Assembly (NCBI GenBank): GCA_964587625.1
Contig: CAZPLU010000005.1
Location: 10,091 to 74,090 of the forward strand
Length of the DNA: 64,000 nt
From: an uncultured Eubacteriales bacterium
GTDB taxonomy: Bacteria; Bacillota; Clostridia; Oscillospirales; JAKOTC01
Direction: 5' to 3'
The position numbers were made by a program, and so were the translations under genes. Shown one piece after another: positions 28,038 to 37,265 of this stretch (positions are counted from its first letter, which is position 1; each line of letters begins with the position of its first letter). The notes below the pieces were generated by a model. That model saw only the letters and a program-made list of their open reading frames with translations. It was not told the DNA's origin and searched no databases.

Positions 28038-29429
28038 ATGAAACTCTGGGGCGCGAGATTTGAGCATGAGGCGGACAACATCGCCGAGGGATTCAATTCC
28101 TCCATCGGCTTTGACAGACGATTGTGGAAAGCCGATATCGAGGGCAGCGTCGCCCACGCGAGAATGCTGTCGGCCCGCGGCATCATCCCGTCGGAAATTT
28201 GCGATCAGATCATCGCGGGGCTGACCGGGATCAAAGACGACCTCGAGAGCGGCGCGCTTGAAATCGACCCCAAAGCCGAGGACATCCATATGTTCGTCGA
28301 GCAGGCGCTGACCGAGCGCATCGGCGGCGCGGGAAAATATTTGCACACCGCAAGAAGCCGCAACGATCAGGTCGCGCTGGATTTACGGCTTTGGCAGCGC
28401 GAAGCCATCGACGAGACCGCCGCCCTGTTGAAAACGCTGATCACCGCGATCGCAGACAAGGCCGAAGAACATATCAACGCCGTCATGCCGGGCTATACCC
28501 ATCTGCAGCCCGCGCAGCCGGTGACGTTCGCGCACCATGTCCTCGCTTACGCACAGGCGTTTTTACGCGACATCGACCGGCTTGCCGACTGCCGCAGACG
28601 CACCTGCGTCTCGCCGATCGGGAGCTGCGCGCTCGCCGGGACGACCTATTTCACCGACCGTTTTTACGAGGCCGAACTGCTCGGGCTTTCGGCGGTGTGC
28701 GAAAACTCGATGGACGGCGTGTCCGACCGCGATTTCGCGTTGGAATTTTGCTTCTGCCTGTCGATGATCATGACCCACCTGTCGCGTTTTTGCGAGGAGA
28801 TCATTCTCTGGTCGGGCGTCTCTTACGGTTTTATCACGCTCGACGACGCGTGGTGCACCGGCTCGTCGATCATGCCGCAGAAAAAAAACCCCGATATCGC
28901 GGAATTATGCCGCGGCAAGGCGGGGCGCGTCTACGGCGACCTGACGGCGCTGTTAGTCGTGATGAAAGGGCTTCCGATGGCCTACAACAAGGACATGCAG
29001 GAGGACAAGGAGGCGGTTTTCGACGCCGCCGACACGGTCTGCGCCTGCCTGACCGCGTTCACGCCGATGTTTACGACCGCGAAAATCAACGCCGAAAGAA
29101 TGCGCAATGCGGCTGCCGACGGCTTTATCAACGCCACCGACTGCGCCGACTATTTGGTCGGAAAGGGCCTGCCCTTCCGCGACGCCTATCAAATTGTCGG
29201 CGAACTGGTCAAACACTGCGTCAAAGCCGGAAAACGGCTCGAAGACCTCTCACTCGACGAATACAAGACCTTTTCACCGGTATTTGAAAAAGACGTTTTC
29301 GAGACGATTAAACCCGACGCCTGTGTGAACAGGCGCAAGAGCTACGGCGGCCCCGCCCCCGAGGCCGTCGCCGTGCAACTCAAAAACCTGCGCGGCAAAT
29401 TGGACGGAGCGGTCAAGCCGTCTTGTTGA
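28038..29429 (+). CDS. argH: Argininosuccinate lyase
   Basis: MKLWGARF start, TARSRNDQV, GYTHLQPAQPVT and the GSSIMPQKKNPD lyase signature. Confidence 0.93.
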   Translation: MKLWGARFEHEADNIAEGFNSSIGFDRRLWKADIEGSVAHARMLSARGIIPSEICDQIIAGLTGIKDDLESGALEIDPKAEDIHMFVEQALTERIGGAGKYLHTARSRNDQVALDLRLWQREAIDETAALLKTLITAIADKAEEHINAVMPGYTHLQPAQPVTFAHHVLAYAQAFLRDIDRLADCRRRTCVSPIGSCALAGTTYFTDRFYEAELLGLSAVCENSMDGVSDRDFALEFCFCLSMIMTHLSRFCEEIILWSGVSYGFITLDDAWCTGSSIMPQKKNPDIAELCRGKAGRVYGDLTALLVVMKGLPMAYNKDMQEDKEAVFDAADTVCACLTAFTPMFTTAKINAERMRNAAADGFINATDCADYLVGKGLPFRDAYQIVGELVKHCVKAGKRLEDLSLDEYKTFSPVFEKDVFETIKPDACVNRRKSYGGPAPEAVAVQLKNLRGKLDGAVKPSC

Positions 29430-29614
29430 AAAAGATGATATAAAAAAGCTGAACAACAACGATTTGCGTCGACTCGATGAAATAATAATGACAAAAACAA
29501 CCGTTTTCTTTGTCTTTTCCCCTTTTATGCAACCGAAAAACGGCTTAACCGCACGAATTGTTTGTGATTATATACAATTATTATAATAATATAAAAATAT
29601 TTTTGTAAAACGTG

Positions 29615-29643
29615 TTGACATAAAAGGTTTTTCGTGGTATACT
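29615..29643 (+). promoter_or_regulatory. Strong sigma-70 promoter with extended -10 and an AT-rich UP-like region
   Basis: TTGACA (29615-29620), 17 nt, TGgTATACT (-10 at 29638-29643), preceded by about 45 nt of almost pure A/T. Confidence 0.75.
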
Positions 29644-29648
29644 AAAGT

Positions 29649-30045
29649 CGTAGTTCAGGAAACTACGGGTTACTATCCGGAAAGGGGTGAGTCCGATGAA
29701 GTAAGACGGTCCGCGCGAGTCGACACGCGGACGGTAAACTGTGACTCGACAGCAAATTGCACCTTTCAGGAAAGGAATGATTCGTATGAAAATTTGCTTG
29801 AGAAACAAAACAGTTGCCGTGGAGGGTACTCCCCCGGACAATTAAGTGAAAGTTCAATGCAAAGGGAGTGGTCGCGTTTTGAATGTAGTTATGGTGATCG
29901 GAGTTTAGCACCGACTGACATCCAAGGGCTTGAAACGCCGCGAATTTTCGATGATCATGTCAGCATACGGCGCTGAAGTCCCACCCCGGCTTAATTGAAT
30001 ATTTAATCATATAGAGGGCGCCCTGATGGGGCGCTCTTTATGTTG
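29649..30045 (+). ncRNA. Unclassified structured noncoding transcript (~400 nt) with its own promoter and terminator
   Basis: No credible ORF. Several clear hairpins: CGTAGTT-CAGGA-AACTACG at 29649-29667, a 10-bp stem ACGGTCCGCG/CGCGGACGGT at 29706-29735, and a long-range pair CTGACAT/ATGTCAG. Three copies of a purine-rich GGAAAGG(G/A)/AAAGGGAG module sit about 90 nt apart. Ends at a terminator. Confidence 0.5.
30013..30045 (+). terminator. Intrinsic terminator of the noncoding unit
   Basis: Stem GCGCCC-TGATG-GGGCGC, extendable to 11 bp with G-U pairs, followed by TTTATGTT. Confidence 0.65.
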
Positions 30046-30368
30046 AAAATAAAAAACGCGCAGCCATGCAGCTTATTAACCGACGGGGTTTATTATCTTC
30101 TGCGGTTTCGGGTGAAAAACCATATGCCCGTCGCAAGCAGTAGGATCACGATAACCAGCCACGGTTGCGGCTGTACATCGCCCGCGGTTTGCGGCTGCGG
30201 GATATCGCTTACGATTGAAGAGATCCGAAATAGCATTGACACAATCCCCACCTCCGGCAGGATCAGTATACCTTTTTTCAGTTGGAAAAACAACCGTATA
30301 TTGACAGGTCGCCGCCATCGATGATATGCTTGTATCCGGGGAATACGTGAGACGAGGTGTAAAAAATT

Positions 30369-31574
30369 TTGAAAAAGTTTTTGGCTTACTTTAAGACCCC
30401 GAGGGTCATCACCGGGCTGATTGTCATCTTCTGCGGGATCACTTTTTATTTGCTGGTCAGCAATATCTCGGGCGTCGGCGCTTTTTTTGACAGCGTTATC
30501 AATGTGCTTTCCCCGTTTTTGTGGGCGGCTGCTTTTGCATATATCCTGAATCCGGCGGTCAAGTTTTTCGAAAACAAGGCCTTTGGGAAAATGAAGCGCC
30601 GCAAGTTGGCAAATATATTCGGCGTGACCATCACCTATATCGCCTTCCTCGCCGTTTTGGCGCTTTCGATTGCGCTGCTGGTCCCTCAGCTCGCCGAATC
30701 GGTGATGATGTTGTTCAACAATTTAGAGGGGTATTTCAATACCCTGCGCAATACGCTGATCGAATTCGAGGCGCGGTTCTCATTCATCGATTTCGATGTG
30801 GACGAATTTATGGGCAGTTTCAGCGAACTGATGAAAACGGCGGTCGCTTGGGTCAGCAGCAACATCGGGCAGATTGCCGACACATCCGTCAAAATCGGCA
30901 GCGGCGTATTCAACTTCTTTTTGTCGCTGATCATGTCGATCTATGTGCTGTTGGACAAGCAGCACATCCGCCGCATCATCAAACGCGTCTCGGCGGCCTT
31001 TATCAGGCGGGAGTCCTGGCCCGGATTTCGCGCCGCAGCCCATCGGGCGGACAAAGTTTTGACCAATTTTTTGGTCGGGAATATCGTCGATTCGCTGATT
31101 GTGGGCGTCGCGAACTTTTTGTTCATGATCATCCTCGGGCTGCCCTACCCCGTTTTGCTGTCCGTGATTGTGATGCTGACCAATTTTATCCCGACCTTCG
31201 GCCCGGTCATCGGCGCAGTCCCCTGCCTGCTGATCATCGTGCTGGTCAACCCGCTCGGCGCGCTGTGGTTCTTGATTTGGACGATTGTGATGCAAGCCGT
31301 CGAGGGTAATTTACTCAAGCCGCTGCTGTTTGGCGATTATACCGGTCTGCGCCCGATCTGGGTGTTGATTTCGATCGTATTGTGCGGGCGGTTGTTCGGC
31401 ATACCCGGCATGATTTTGGGCATCCCGCTGTTCGCGCTTCTCTCCGAACCCACGGAGCGCTATATCTTGCGGAAGCTCAACATAAAAGGGCTGGATGAGG
31501 ACGGCAATATCCCGACAGACGAACAACCGAAAAACGGATCCGAAGAATCAAAATCAAAACTAAGCGAAAATTGA
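30369..31574 (+). CDS. AI-2E family transporter (PerM/YhhT, UPF0118)
   Basis: About 8 TM segments. The characteristic C-terminal region is LTNFIPTFGPVIGAVP...EGNLLKPLLFGD. TTG start 11 nt after GAGGTG. Confidence 0.8.
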   Translation: MKKFLAYFKTPRVITGLIVIFCGITFYLLVSNISGVGAFFDSVINVLSPFLWAAAFAYILNPAVKFFENKAFGKMKRRKLANIFGVTITYIAFLAVLALSIALLVPQLAESVMMLFNNLEGYFNTLRNTLIEFEARFSFIDFDVDEFMGSFSELMKTAVAWVSSNIGQIADTSVKIGSGVFNFFLSLIMSIYVLLDKQHIRRIIKRVSAAFIRRESWPGFRAAAHRADKVLTNFLVGNIVDSLIVGVANFLFMIILGLPYPVLLSVIVMLTNFIPTFGPVIGAVPCLLIIVLVNPLGALWFLIWTIVMQAVEGNLLKPLLFGDYTGLRPIWVLISIVLCGRLFGIPGMILGIPLFALLSEPTERYILRKLNIKGLDEDGNIPTDEQPKNGSEESKSKLSEN

Positions 31575-31676
31575 GTCATATGCGTTCAGACGGAAATATC
31601 GGCGGTCTGTATTTTTATCCGTTTTACAACTGAGTTTTATATATTTAATAATTTATATGGATCATAGACAAATTTG

Positions 31677-31705
31677 TTGCATTTCTCCGGATATATTGCT
31701 ATAGT
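31677..31705 (+). promoter_or_regulatory. Putative promoter of the second acyl-CoA ligase gene
   Basis: TTGCAT - 17 nt - TATAGT. Leaves a leader of about 140 nt. Confidence 0.4.
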
Positions 31706-31847
31706 GTCATTTAGGGGGTGTCCTCACCCGCCTTGAGCCAAAGACCCCGAATAAACGGTGATCAACCCGTTTTCGACGCACGGTATTGAGGAAATCTAAG
31801 ACATCATATTTTTAACTATTAAATGATCAAATATAAGGACGTACCCC

Positions 31848-33521
31848 ATGAAAGCAACTTTTTACAACGAGACCCGATTTTCCGATTTTAGAGAAATCAT
31901 CAACCACAGTGCGGAAAAATTCGCAAAAAAGACCGCTTTTATCATCAAGGACGGCGACGACCGCTACTTAAAAATCAATTACGATGAATTAAAAAACAGG
32001 TTTTATACATTGTGCCGACTGCTGATTGATTTAAAATTGAAAGGCAAACGCATCGCCGTAATCGGAAAAAACAGTTTTGGGTGGGCGCTTTCGTATTTAT
32101 GCGCGGCCGTCGTCGGTGTCGTTGTGCCACTGGATAAAGAACTCAGCCCCGAAGATGTCCGGGATTTTATGGCTTGCGCCGAGTGCAGCGCTGTCTTCGG
32201 CGAAAATGTTTATTTGGAAAACCTGAAGCCGCTGCTTGCAGAAAGCGTCCGCTGCTTTGATTTTTCCGATATCATGCGTATCTCACAGCCGGTTATGCCG
32301 ATACAGACCGCTGACGTCGACGCGGTTGAAATTTCAAAAGACGAGATGCAGGTTCTTATTTTTACCTCGGGCACGACCGGAAACGCAAAAGGCGTCTGCC
32401 TTTCACAACATAATATCTGCTCGAACATCCATTCCACGGTCAGCGCCGTGAAAATCAAGCCGACCGATACGACCATTTCGATTCTGCCGCTGCACCATAC
32501 ATACGAGTGCACGCTCAACTGTCTGCTGCTTTTGTCGCGGGGTTCCTGCATCACCTACTGCGACGGGTTGAGACAGATTTCGAAAAACTTTACCGAATAT
32601 CACCCCACGGTTTTGGTGGTCGTCCCCGCCCTGTTAAAAGCGCTGAACAAACAAATCAAAAAATCCGTCACTGCCGGAGTCCCCGAAAAATATAAGCCGC
32701 TTTTTGAAACCCGGACATTATCGCAGGCGCTCTCCGGCGTCCCGGTTTTGATTCGCAACCTCATCTGCGCCAAAGTGCGCAAATCGCTCGGCGGGAAAAT
32801 CCGCCTGTTCATCGTGGGCGCCGCGGATCTGGACACTTCTTTGGTCGAGGACTTTGTGGCGCTCGGCATCCGCACCCTGCAGGGCTACGGACTGACCGAA
32901 TGCGCCCCGCTCCTTGCGGGCAACACCGATTTTTATTTGAATGCGGCGTCCACCGGCAGGGCGGTACCGGGGGTAATGTTAAAAATCGACGAGCCGAACG
33001 AGGACGGGATCGGCGAGATCCTCGCGAAAGGCGACAATATCATGCTCGGTTATTACCGGGATGACACTGCCGACCAAAAGGCCTTCCGCGACGGTTGGTT
33101 TTGTACCGGCGATCTGGGCTGTCTGGACGATGAAGGCGCGCTCTATATCAAGGGACGCAAAAAAAATGTGATCGTGACCGCCAACGGGAAAAATATTTAC
33201 CCCGAGGAACTTGAAACGCGTATCTCACAGCTGCCGGAAATCTGCGAGGTCATCGTGCTTGCGGATATACAAAACGGCGATGTCCGTGTCAAGGCAAAAA
33301 TTTTCCCGAATCTCGACTTTATCAAAGAGACCCTCGGACGGTTGCCGAAAGCGGAGGATATTCAGGCGGCGGTTCAACAAGTGATCTGCGACGTCAACGC
33401 AAAAATCCCCTCTTATAAACACATCAAGGTCGTGGAGATTTTGACCGCGGCGCTCGAAAAGACAACCACCCAAAAAATCAAGCGATTCGGACCGAATTTG
33501 GCTCCGAGTATCAATCAATAA
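31848..33521 (+). CDS. Long-chain fatty acid--CoA ligase / AMP-dependent synthetase (paralogue of 337..2037)
   Basis: IFTSGTTGNAKGV, GYGLTECAP and TGDLGCLDDEGALYIKGRKKN. Collinear with the first ligase. Confidence 0.85.
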   Translation: MKATFYNETRFSDFREIINHSAEKFAKKTAFIIKDGDDRYLKINYDELKNRFYTLCRLLIDLKLKGKRIAVIGKNSFGWALSYLCAAVVGVVVPLDKELSPEDVRDFMACAECSAVFGENVYLENLKPLLAESVRCFDFSDIMRISQPVMPIQTADVDAVEISKDEMQVLIFTSGTTGNAKGVCLSQHNICSNIHSTVSAVKIKPTDTTISILPLHHTYECTLNCLLLLSRGSCITYCDGLRQISKNFTEYHPTVLVVVPALLKALNKQIKKSVTAGVPEKYKPLFETRTLSQALSGVPVLIRNLICAKVRKSLGGKIRLFIVGAADLDTSLVEDFVALGIRTLQGYGLTECAPLLAGNTDFYLNAASTGRAVPGVMLKIDEPNEDGIGEILAKGDNIMLGYYRDDTADQKAFRDGWFCTGDLGCLDDEGALYIKGRKKNVIVTANGKNIYPEELETRISQLPEICEVIVLADIQNGDVRVKAKIFPNLDFIKETLGRLPKAEDIQAAVQQVICDVNAKIPSYKHIKVVEILTAALEKTTTQKIKRFGPNLAPSINQ

Positions 33522-33535
33522 TCATCAAAATCCGG

Positions 33536-33856
33536 TTACCCGAGCAGTTTGAATGCCAGCTCAATCACGAAAACCGCCGCGCAGGCAAACGCCGCAACGG
33601 TCGGAAGCTTTTTATCAAACAACGCCAACGTGACCGCGACAACAAGCCCGACCGCGGCGGACAAGATCATATCGGGGGCGTAAAAGATATCGGGGATGAC
33701 CATCGCCGAGAGCACGGCGAAGGGCATATAATACAAAAATGAAATCGCAAATCGGTTTTCGATTTTGCGGCGGATCAACGTCAGCGGCAACATTCGGATC
33801 AAATAGGTGACCCCCGCCATAACGATGACATAAAACAACATCTCCGCGCCGGTCAT
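33536..33856 (-). CDS. azlD: Branched-chain amino acid transport protein AzlD
   Basis: 106-aa protein with 3-4 TM segments, immediately downstream of and overlapping azlC by 4 nt. Confidence 0.8.
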   Translation of the reverse strand: MTGAEMLFYVIVMAGVTYLIRMLPLTLIRRKIENRFAISFLYYMPFAVLSAMVIPDIFYAPDMILSAAVGLVVAVTLALFDKKLPTVAAFACAAVFVIELAFKLLG

Positions 33857-34572
33857 TGCCTACCGTCCCCACCCTTGACGGGAAAACAAATCGCGCCGAA
33901 CCCCGAGGCGGCGACCGCGCAGACGATGATCACAAACCCCGAAGATAAATTTTTCAGATACGGTGTAAATTTGAATATACAGCTCAACCCGACCGATATC
34001 GCAATCACAGCGAATGCCGGCCGGTGTTTTTTTGCCGGCGGAAGAATGATGGCGGCGAACATCGCATAGAGTGCGATTGAGAGCGCCGAGCGCAACATGT
34101 CGGGCATGATGCCGCCTGCCAACGCGCCGAGCAGCGTTCCGAGCGTCCAGCCGATCACGGGTGCGGTACCCAGACCGTATAGATAAATATTGCCGAGTTC
34201 GTCCGGTTTTTCGCTGGCGACCCCGTAGACCTCGTCGGTGACGAAGAATGAGACGACAAGCCGCCGCAGCGTCGTCATGCTCATGTCGAGTTTTTGCGAC
34301 AGCGACGCCGACATCAGCGAATAGCGCAGGTTGATGACGATTTGGGACAACACCAGTTCGATGATCGGCGCGCCGCTCACGATCAGGCCGATTCCCGCGA
34401 ACTGCCCCGCCGAGGTGACCGTCGTCATCGAAATCAACACCGCAATCCACCACGGGATTCCCATGTTCACGGCCATCATGCCGAATGAAAAAGAGACCGA
34501 GAGATATCCCAGTCCGATCGGCAGCCCGTCTTTTAACCCGCGTATATACTCTTTTCCGTGCAATTCCGCCAT
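33853..34572 (-). CDS. azlC: Branched-chain amino acid permease AzlC
   Basis: GLPIGLGYLSVSFSFGMMAV N-terminus and the AzlC-type polytopic layout. Confidence 0.85.
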   Translation of the reverse strand: MAELHGKEYIRGLKDGLPIGLGYLSVSFSFGMMAVNMGIPWWIAVLISMTTVTSAGQFAGIGLIVSGAPIIELVLSQIVINLRYSLMSASLSQKLDMSMTTLRRLVVSFFVTDEVYGVASEKPDELGNIYLYGLGTAPVIGWTLGTLLGALAGGIMPDMLRSALSIALYAMFAAIILPPAKKHRPAFAVIAISVGLSCIFKFTPYLKNLSSGFVIIVCAVAASGFGAICFPVKGGDGRQ

Positions 34573-34761
34573 CTTTACCCTGCCTTATGCCGTATTCGGC
34601 GAAATGTATTATATCTCTTTTCGCCCTTTATCGCAAGCCCGTGTTGTATTTTTATGTTGTATTTTGGCGGTTTTTATGATAAAATCCCATTGTCACCTGA
34701 GGTTGGTTAAAAACAAAATTCCAAGCGCGGATTCAATCTGTACATAAGGACGGTTATGATC

Positions 34762-36249
34762 ATGAAAGCACCGCTCTCCGAGGCAACCGTTTTCAAGCGC
34801 AATAAGTGGGCATACACCTTGCCGGGATTCGGACGCGATATGGCCTACACGCTCTTTGCGACCTATGTTTTGACCTATGTCCTGTTCACGCGCGCGATCA
34901 CGCCCGAGCAGTTCGCGGCGCTCGGTATCATCTTGGCGGTCTTTCGCGTCTGGGACGCTTTGAACGATCCCGTCATGGGCGGAATCATCGAGAACACGCG
35001 CTCTAAATTCGGAAGATTCAAGCCCTGGATTTTAATCGGCGGCGTGACAAACGCGGCGGTTTTAATCGCGATGTTCACCAACCGTGCCGAGGGCTGGGCG
35101 TTTGTCTGCCTGTTTGCGATTTTATACTTGCTCTGGGATATCACTTGGACGATGAACGACATCGCCTACTGGTCGATGCTGCCGTCATTGACCAGCGACC
35201 CCAAAAACCGCGACAGCGTGACTTCAATGGCAAACCTGTTCGCCGGCATCGGCGCGATTGCCGCGACCGGACTGATTCCGATTTTCACCAACGGCGAAAA
35301 CGCCATCGGCGGCAGCTCGATCTCGGGTTATGCCGCCGTGGTGCTGTTTATCGCAGGCCTTTTAGCCGTCAGCCAGATTCTCCTCTGTCTGGGCGTCAAG
35401 CAGGATAATACCGTGCGCCCCAAGCAAGAGAGCGTAGGCCTGAAAAAGATGTTTCATGTCATTTTCCATAACGATCAGCTGCTTTGGGTCACGTTGATTA
35501 TGCTGTTATATAACCTCGGCAGCACGCTGATCACCGCGTTCGGCGTCAATTATATGTACCTGTCGTTCGGTTACAACGGCTTTTTGGTCACGCTGTTCGT
35601 GGCTTTCTGGGCCGTCGCCTCGGTCGCCATCAACGCCCTCTACCCGGCGTTTGCCGCGAAATATTCACGCACAACGCTGTCCAAACTCGCTGTCATCATG
35701 ACGACCGTCGGCTACGCGCTGTTTTTCCTCGGCGGCACGCTGATCCCGAACACCGAGGCGCTTAAAACGCTGAACGTCGCGCTGCTGTGCGTGGAGGCGT
35801 TTGTCATCGGATTCGGGCAGTCGCTGTTTTATATGGTCACCACGATTTGCCTGACCAACACCATCGAATATAACGAATACAAGACAGGGGAACGCGACGA
35901 GGCCATCATCTTCTCGCTGCGCCCGTTCATGGCCAAAATGGGCAGCGCGCTGCAGCAAGTGGCCATCACCGTCGTCTATATCGCCATCGGCATGACGACG
36001 CTGACCGGCGGCATTGCCGAGGTTGAAAAAAACGCCAACCTGAAGCTGATCGACGAAACGGCGAAGGCCGACCAAATCGCCGCGCTGCTGTCCGCCGCGC
36101 CCGATTCGATGGTGCTTTGGCTGCGGGTCTTTATGACTTTGCTGCCGATTGTCTTGATCGGATGCGCTTATCTGGTGATGCGCAAGCGGGTTAAAATCGA
36201 CGAAAAAGAATATGACCGGATGCTCGCAGCAATCGCAAAAAGGACATAA
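34762..36249 (+). CDS. Glycoside-pentoside-hexuronide (GPH):cation symporter (MelB/YicJ-like)
   Basis: GPH signature DALNDPVMGGIIENTRSKFGRFKPW. 12-TM layout. Confidence 0.85.
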   Translation: MKAPLSEATVFKRNKWAYTLPGFGRDMAYTLFATYVLTYVLFTRAITPEQFAALGIILAVFRVWDALNDPVMGGIIENTRSKFGRFKPWILIGGVTNAAVLIAMFTNRAEGWAFVCLFAILYLLWDITWTMNDIAYWSMLPSLTSDPKNRDSVTSMANLFAGIGAIAATGLIPIFTNGENAIGGSSISGYAAVVLFIAGLLAVSQILLCLGVKQDNTVRPKQESVGLKKMFHVIFHNDQLLWVTLIMLLYNLGSTLITAFGVNYMYLSFGYNGFLVTLFVAFWAVASVAINALYPAFAAKYSRTTLSKLAVIMTTVGYALFFLGGTLIPNTEALKTLNVALLCVEAFVIGFGQSLFYMVTTICLTNTIEYNEYKTGERDEAIIFSLRPFMAKMGSALQQVAITVVYIAIGMTTLTGGIAEVEKNANLKLIDETAKADQIAALLSAAPDSMVLWLRVFMTLLPIVLIGCAYLVMRKRVKIDEKEYDRMLAAIAKRT

Positions 36250-36253
36250 TAAG

Positions 36254-36601
36254 ATGGAAAACGAAAAATTTTGGGAGGCGCTCGACACGCTCGTCGGGCA
36301 ATCGGAGATCGTGATCGACCGCCCGAAAGGAGCCGCGCACCCGCGTTATCCCGCGTTTATTTACCCGGTCGATTACGGTTATCTGAAAGACACCGCCTCC
36401 ATGGACGGCGGCGGCATCGACGTTTGGGTCGGCACCGATCCGGCGCGAAAAAACGACGCCATCATGTGTATTGTCGATGTATTGAAAAGAGACAGCGAGA
36501 TTAAAATTTTGATCGGCTGTACTGAGGAGGAAAAATCGCTTGTCTGCCGGACGCACAACGAGAGCGCGTTTATGAAGGGTATTTTAATTCGGAGATCATA
36601 A
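36254..36601 (+). CDS. Small inorganic-pyrophosphatase-like protein
   Basis: RPKGAAHPRYPAFIYPVDYGYLKDTASMDGGGIDVWVG resembles the PPase YPxNYG(F/Y)...DGDxxDV core. Confidence 0.5.
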   Translation: MENEKFWEALDTLVGQSEIVIDRPKGAAHPRYPAFIYPVDYGYLKDTASMDGGGIDVWVGTDPARKNDAIMCIVDVLKRDSEIKILIGCTEEEKSLVCRTHNESAFMKGILIRRS

Positions 36602-36683
36602 ATATTGCACTTTTTCGCTGCTGTCTGTCCGAGGTTCTTCGTCTTGCGCTCAAAATCACAAAATCACCAATATACCGATTTGA

Positions 36684-36706
36684 ACCGCCGCAAAGGCGGC
36701 TTTTTA
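36684..36706 (+). terminator. Small intrinsic terminator
   Basis: CCGCC-GCAAA-GGCGG(C) followed by TTTTT. Confidence 0.45.
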
Positions 36707-36724
36707 TAAAATTTTTAGCCCCGG

Positions 36725-36756
36725 TGAAAAATTTTTGACACCTGAGTTGTATTATC
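36725..36756 (+). promoter_or_regulatory. Possible ECF-type autoregulated promoter
   Basis: TGAAAA - 17 nt - TGTATTA loosely resembles the TGAAAC-N16-CGTA class of ECF promoters. Confidence 0.3.
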
Positions 36757-36779
36757 AATGAAAGGAGTTGGGATACGGC

Positions 36780-37265
36780 ATGCATTCAAACGAGCTCATT
36801 GAATGCGTCGGGCGGGCGGTGGCGCGTTATTCCGACAACCTGCGGCGGCTGGCGTTCACCTACGTCAAATCCGTGCACAGCGCCGAGGACGTCGTGCAGG
36901 ACGTCTTTTTGGCTTATCTGCAAAAGGCGCCGAAATTCGAGAGCGCCGAGCACGAAAAGGCCTGGCTGCTGCGGGTGACGATCAACAAAAGCCGCAATGC
37001 CGTAAAAACGGGTTGGTTTCGCAGCCGCTTCGAACTGGCCGAGGAGACCGGTTATCTGCCGCCCGAACAGAGCGAAGTGCTCGAAGCCGTATTGTCGCTC
37101 GCGCCGAAATACCGGCTCCCCGTCCACCTGTATTACTACGAGGGCTATTCGATCAGGGAGATCGCAAATGTCCTCGGAACCAACCCCGCGACGGTCGGCA
37201 CCCGGCTGGCACGCGCACGGGGTTTATTGAGACAATCACTGGGAGGTTTTGAAGATGAAGCATAA
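36780..37265 (+). CDS. ECF-type RNA polymerase sigma factor (sigma-70 family, regions 2 and 4)
   Basis: Region 2 EDVVQDVFLAYL..WLLRVTINKSRN. Region 4 YYYEGYSIREIANVLGTNPATVGTRLARAR. Confidence 0.85.
   Translation: MHSNELIECVGRAVARYSDNLRRLAFTYVKSVHSAEDVVQDVFLAYLQKAPKFESAEHEKAWLLRVTINKSRNAVKTGWFRSRFELAEETGYLPPEQSEVLEAVLSLAPKYRLPVHLYYYEGYSIREIANVLGTNPATVGTRLARARGLLRQSLGGFEDEA

Noticed and set aside
29649-30045. Tested whether the ~400-nt noncoding unit is RNase P RNA, tmRNA, SRP RNA, a T-box leader or a cobalamin riboswitch
   Set aside because: - **RNase P:** no contiguous GAGGAAAGUCC P4 element, although the 3' CCCGGCUUA superficially resembles the P4 partner.
- **tmRNA:** no GGGG...UCCACCA tRNA-like ends and no tag ORF.
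- **SRP RNA:** no GUCAGGUCCGGAAGGAAGCAGC domain IV.
- **T-box:** no T-box sequence and no downstream gene in the same unit.
- **Cobalamin riboswitch:** no B12 box.

The unit is left unclassified.
30040-30324. 94-aa plus-strand ORF and 80-aa minus-strand ORF (30076..30318) between the ncRNA terminator and the AI-2E transporter
   Set aside because: The 94-aa plus-strand ORF starts inside the terminator. Neither it nor the 80-aa minus-strand ORF (30076..30318) has an RBS or recognisable features. Only the 66-aa minus-strand ORF with a sorting-signal-like tail was kept, as a low-interest observation.
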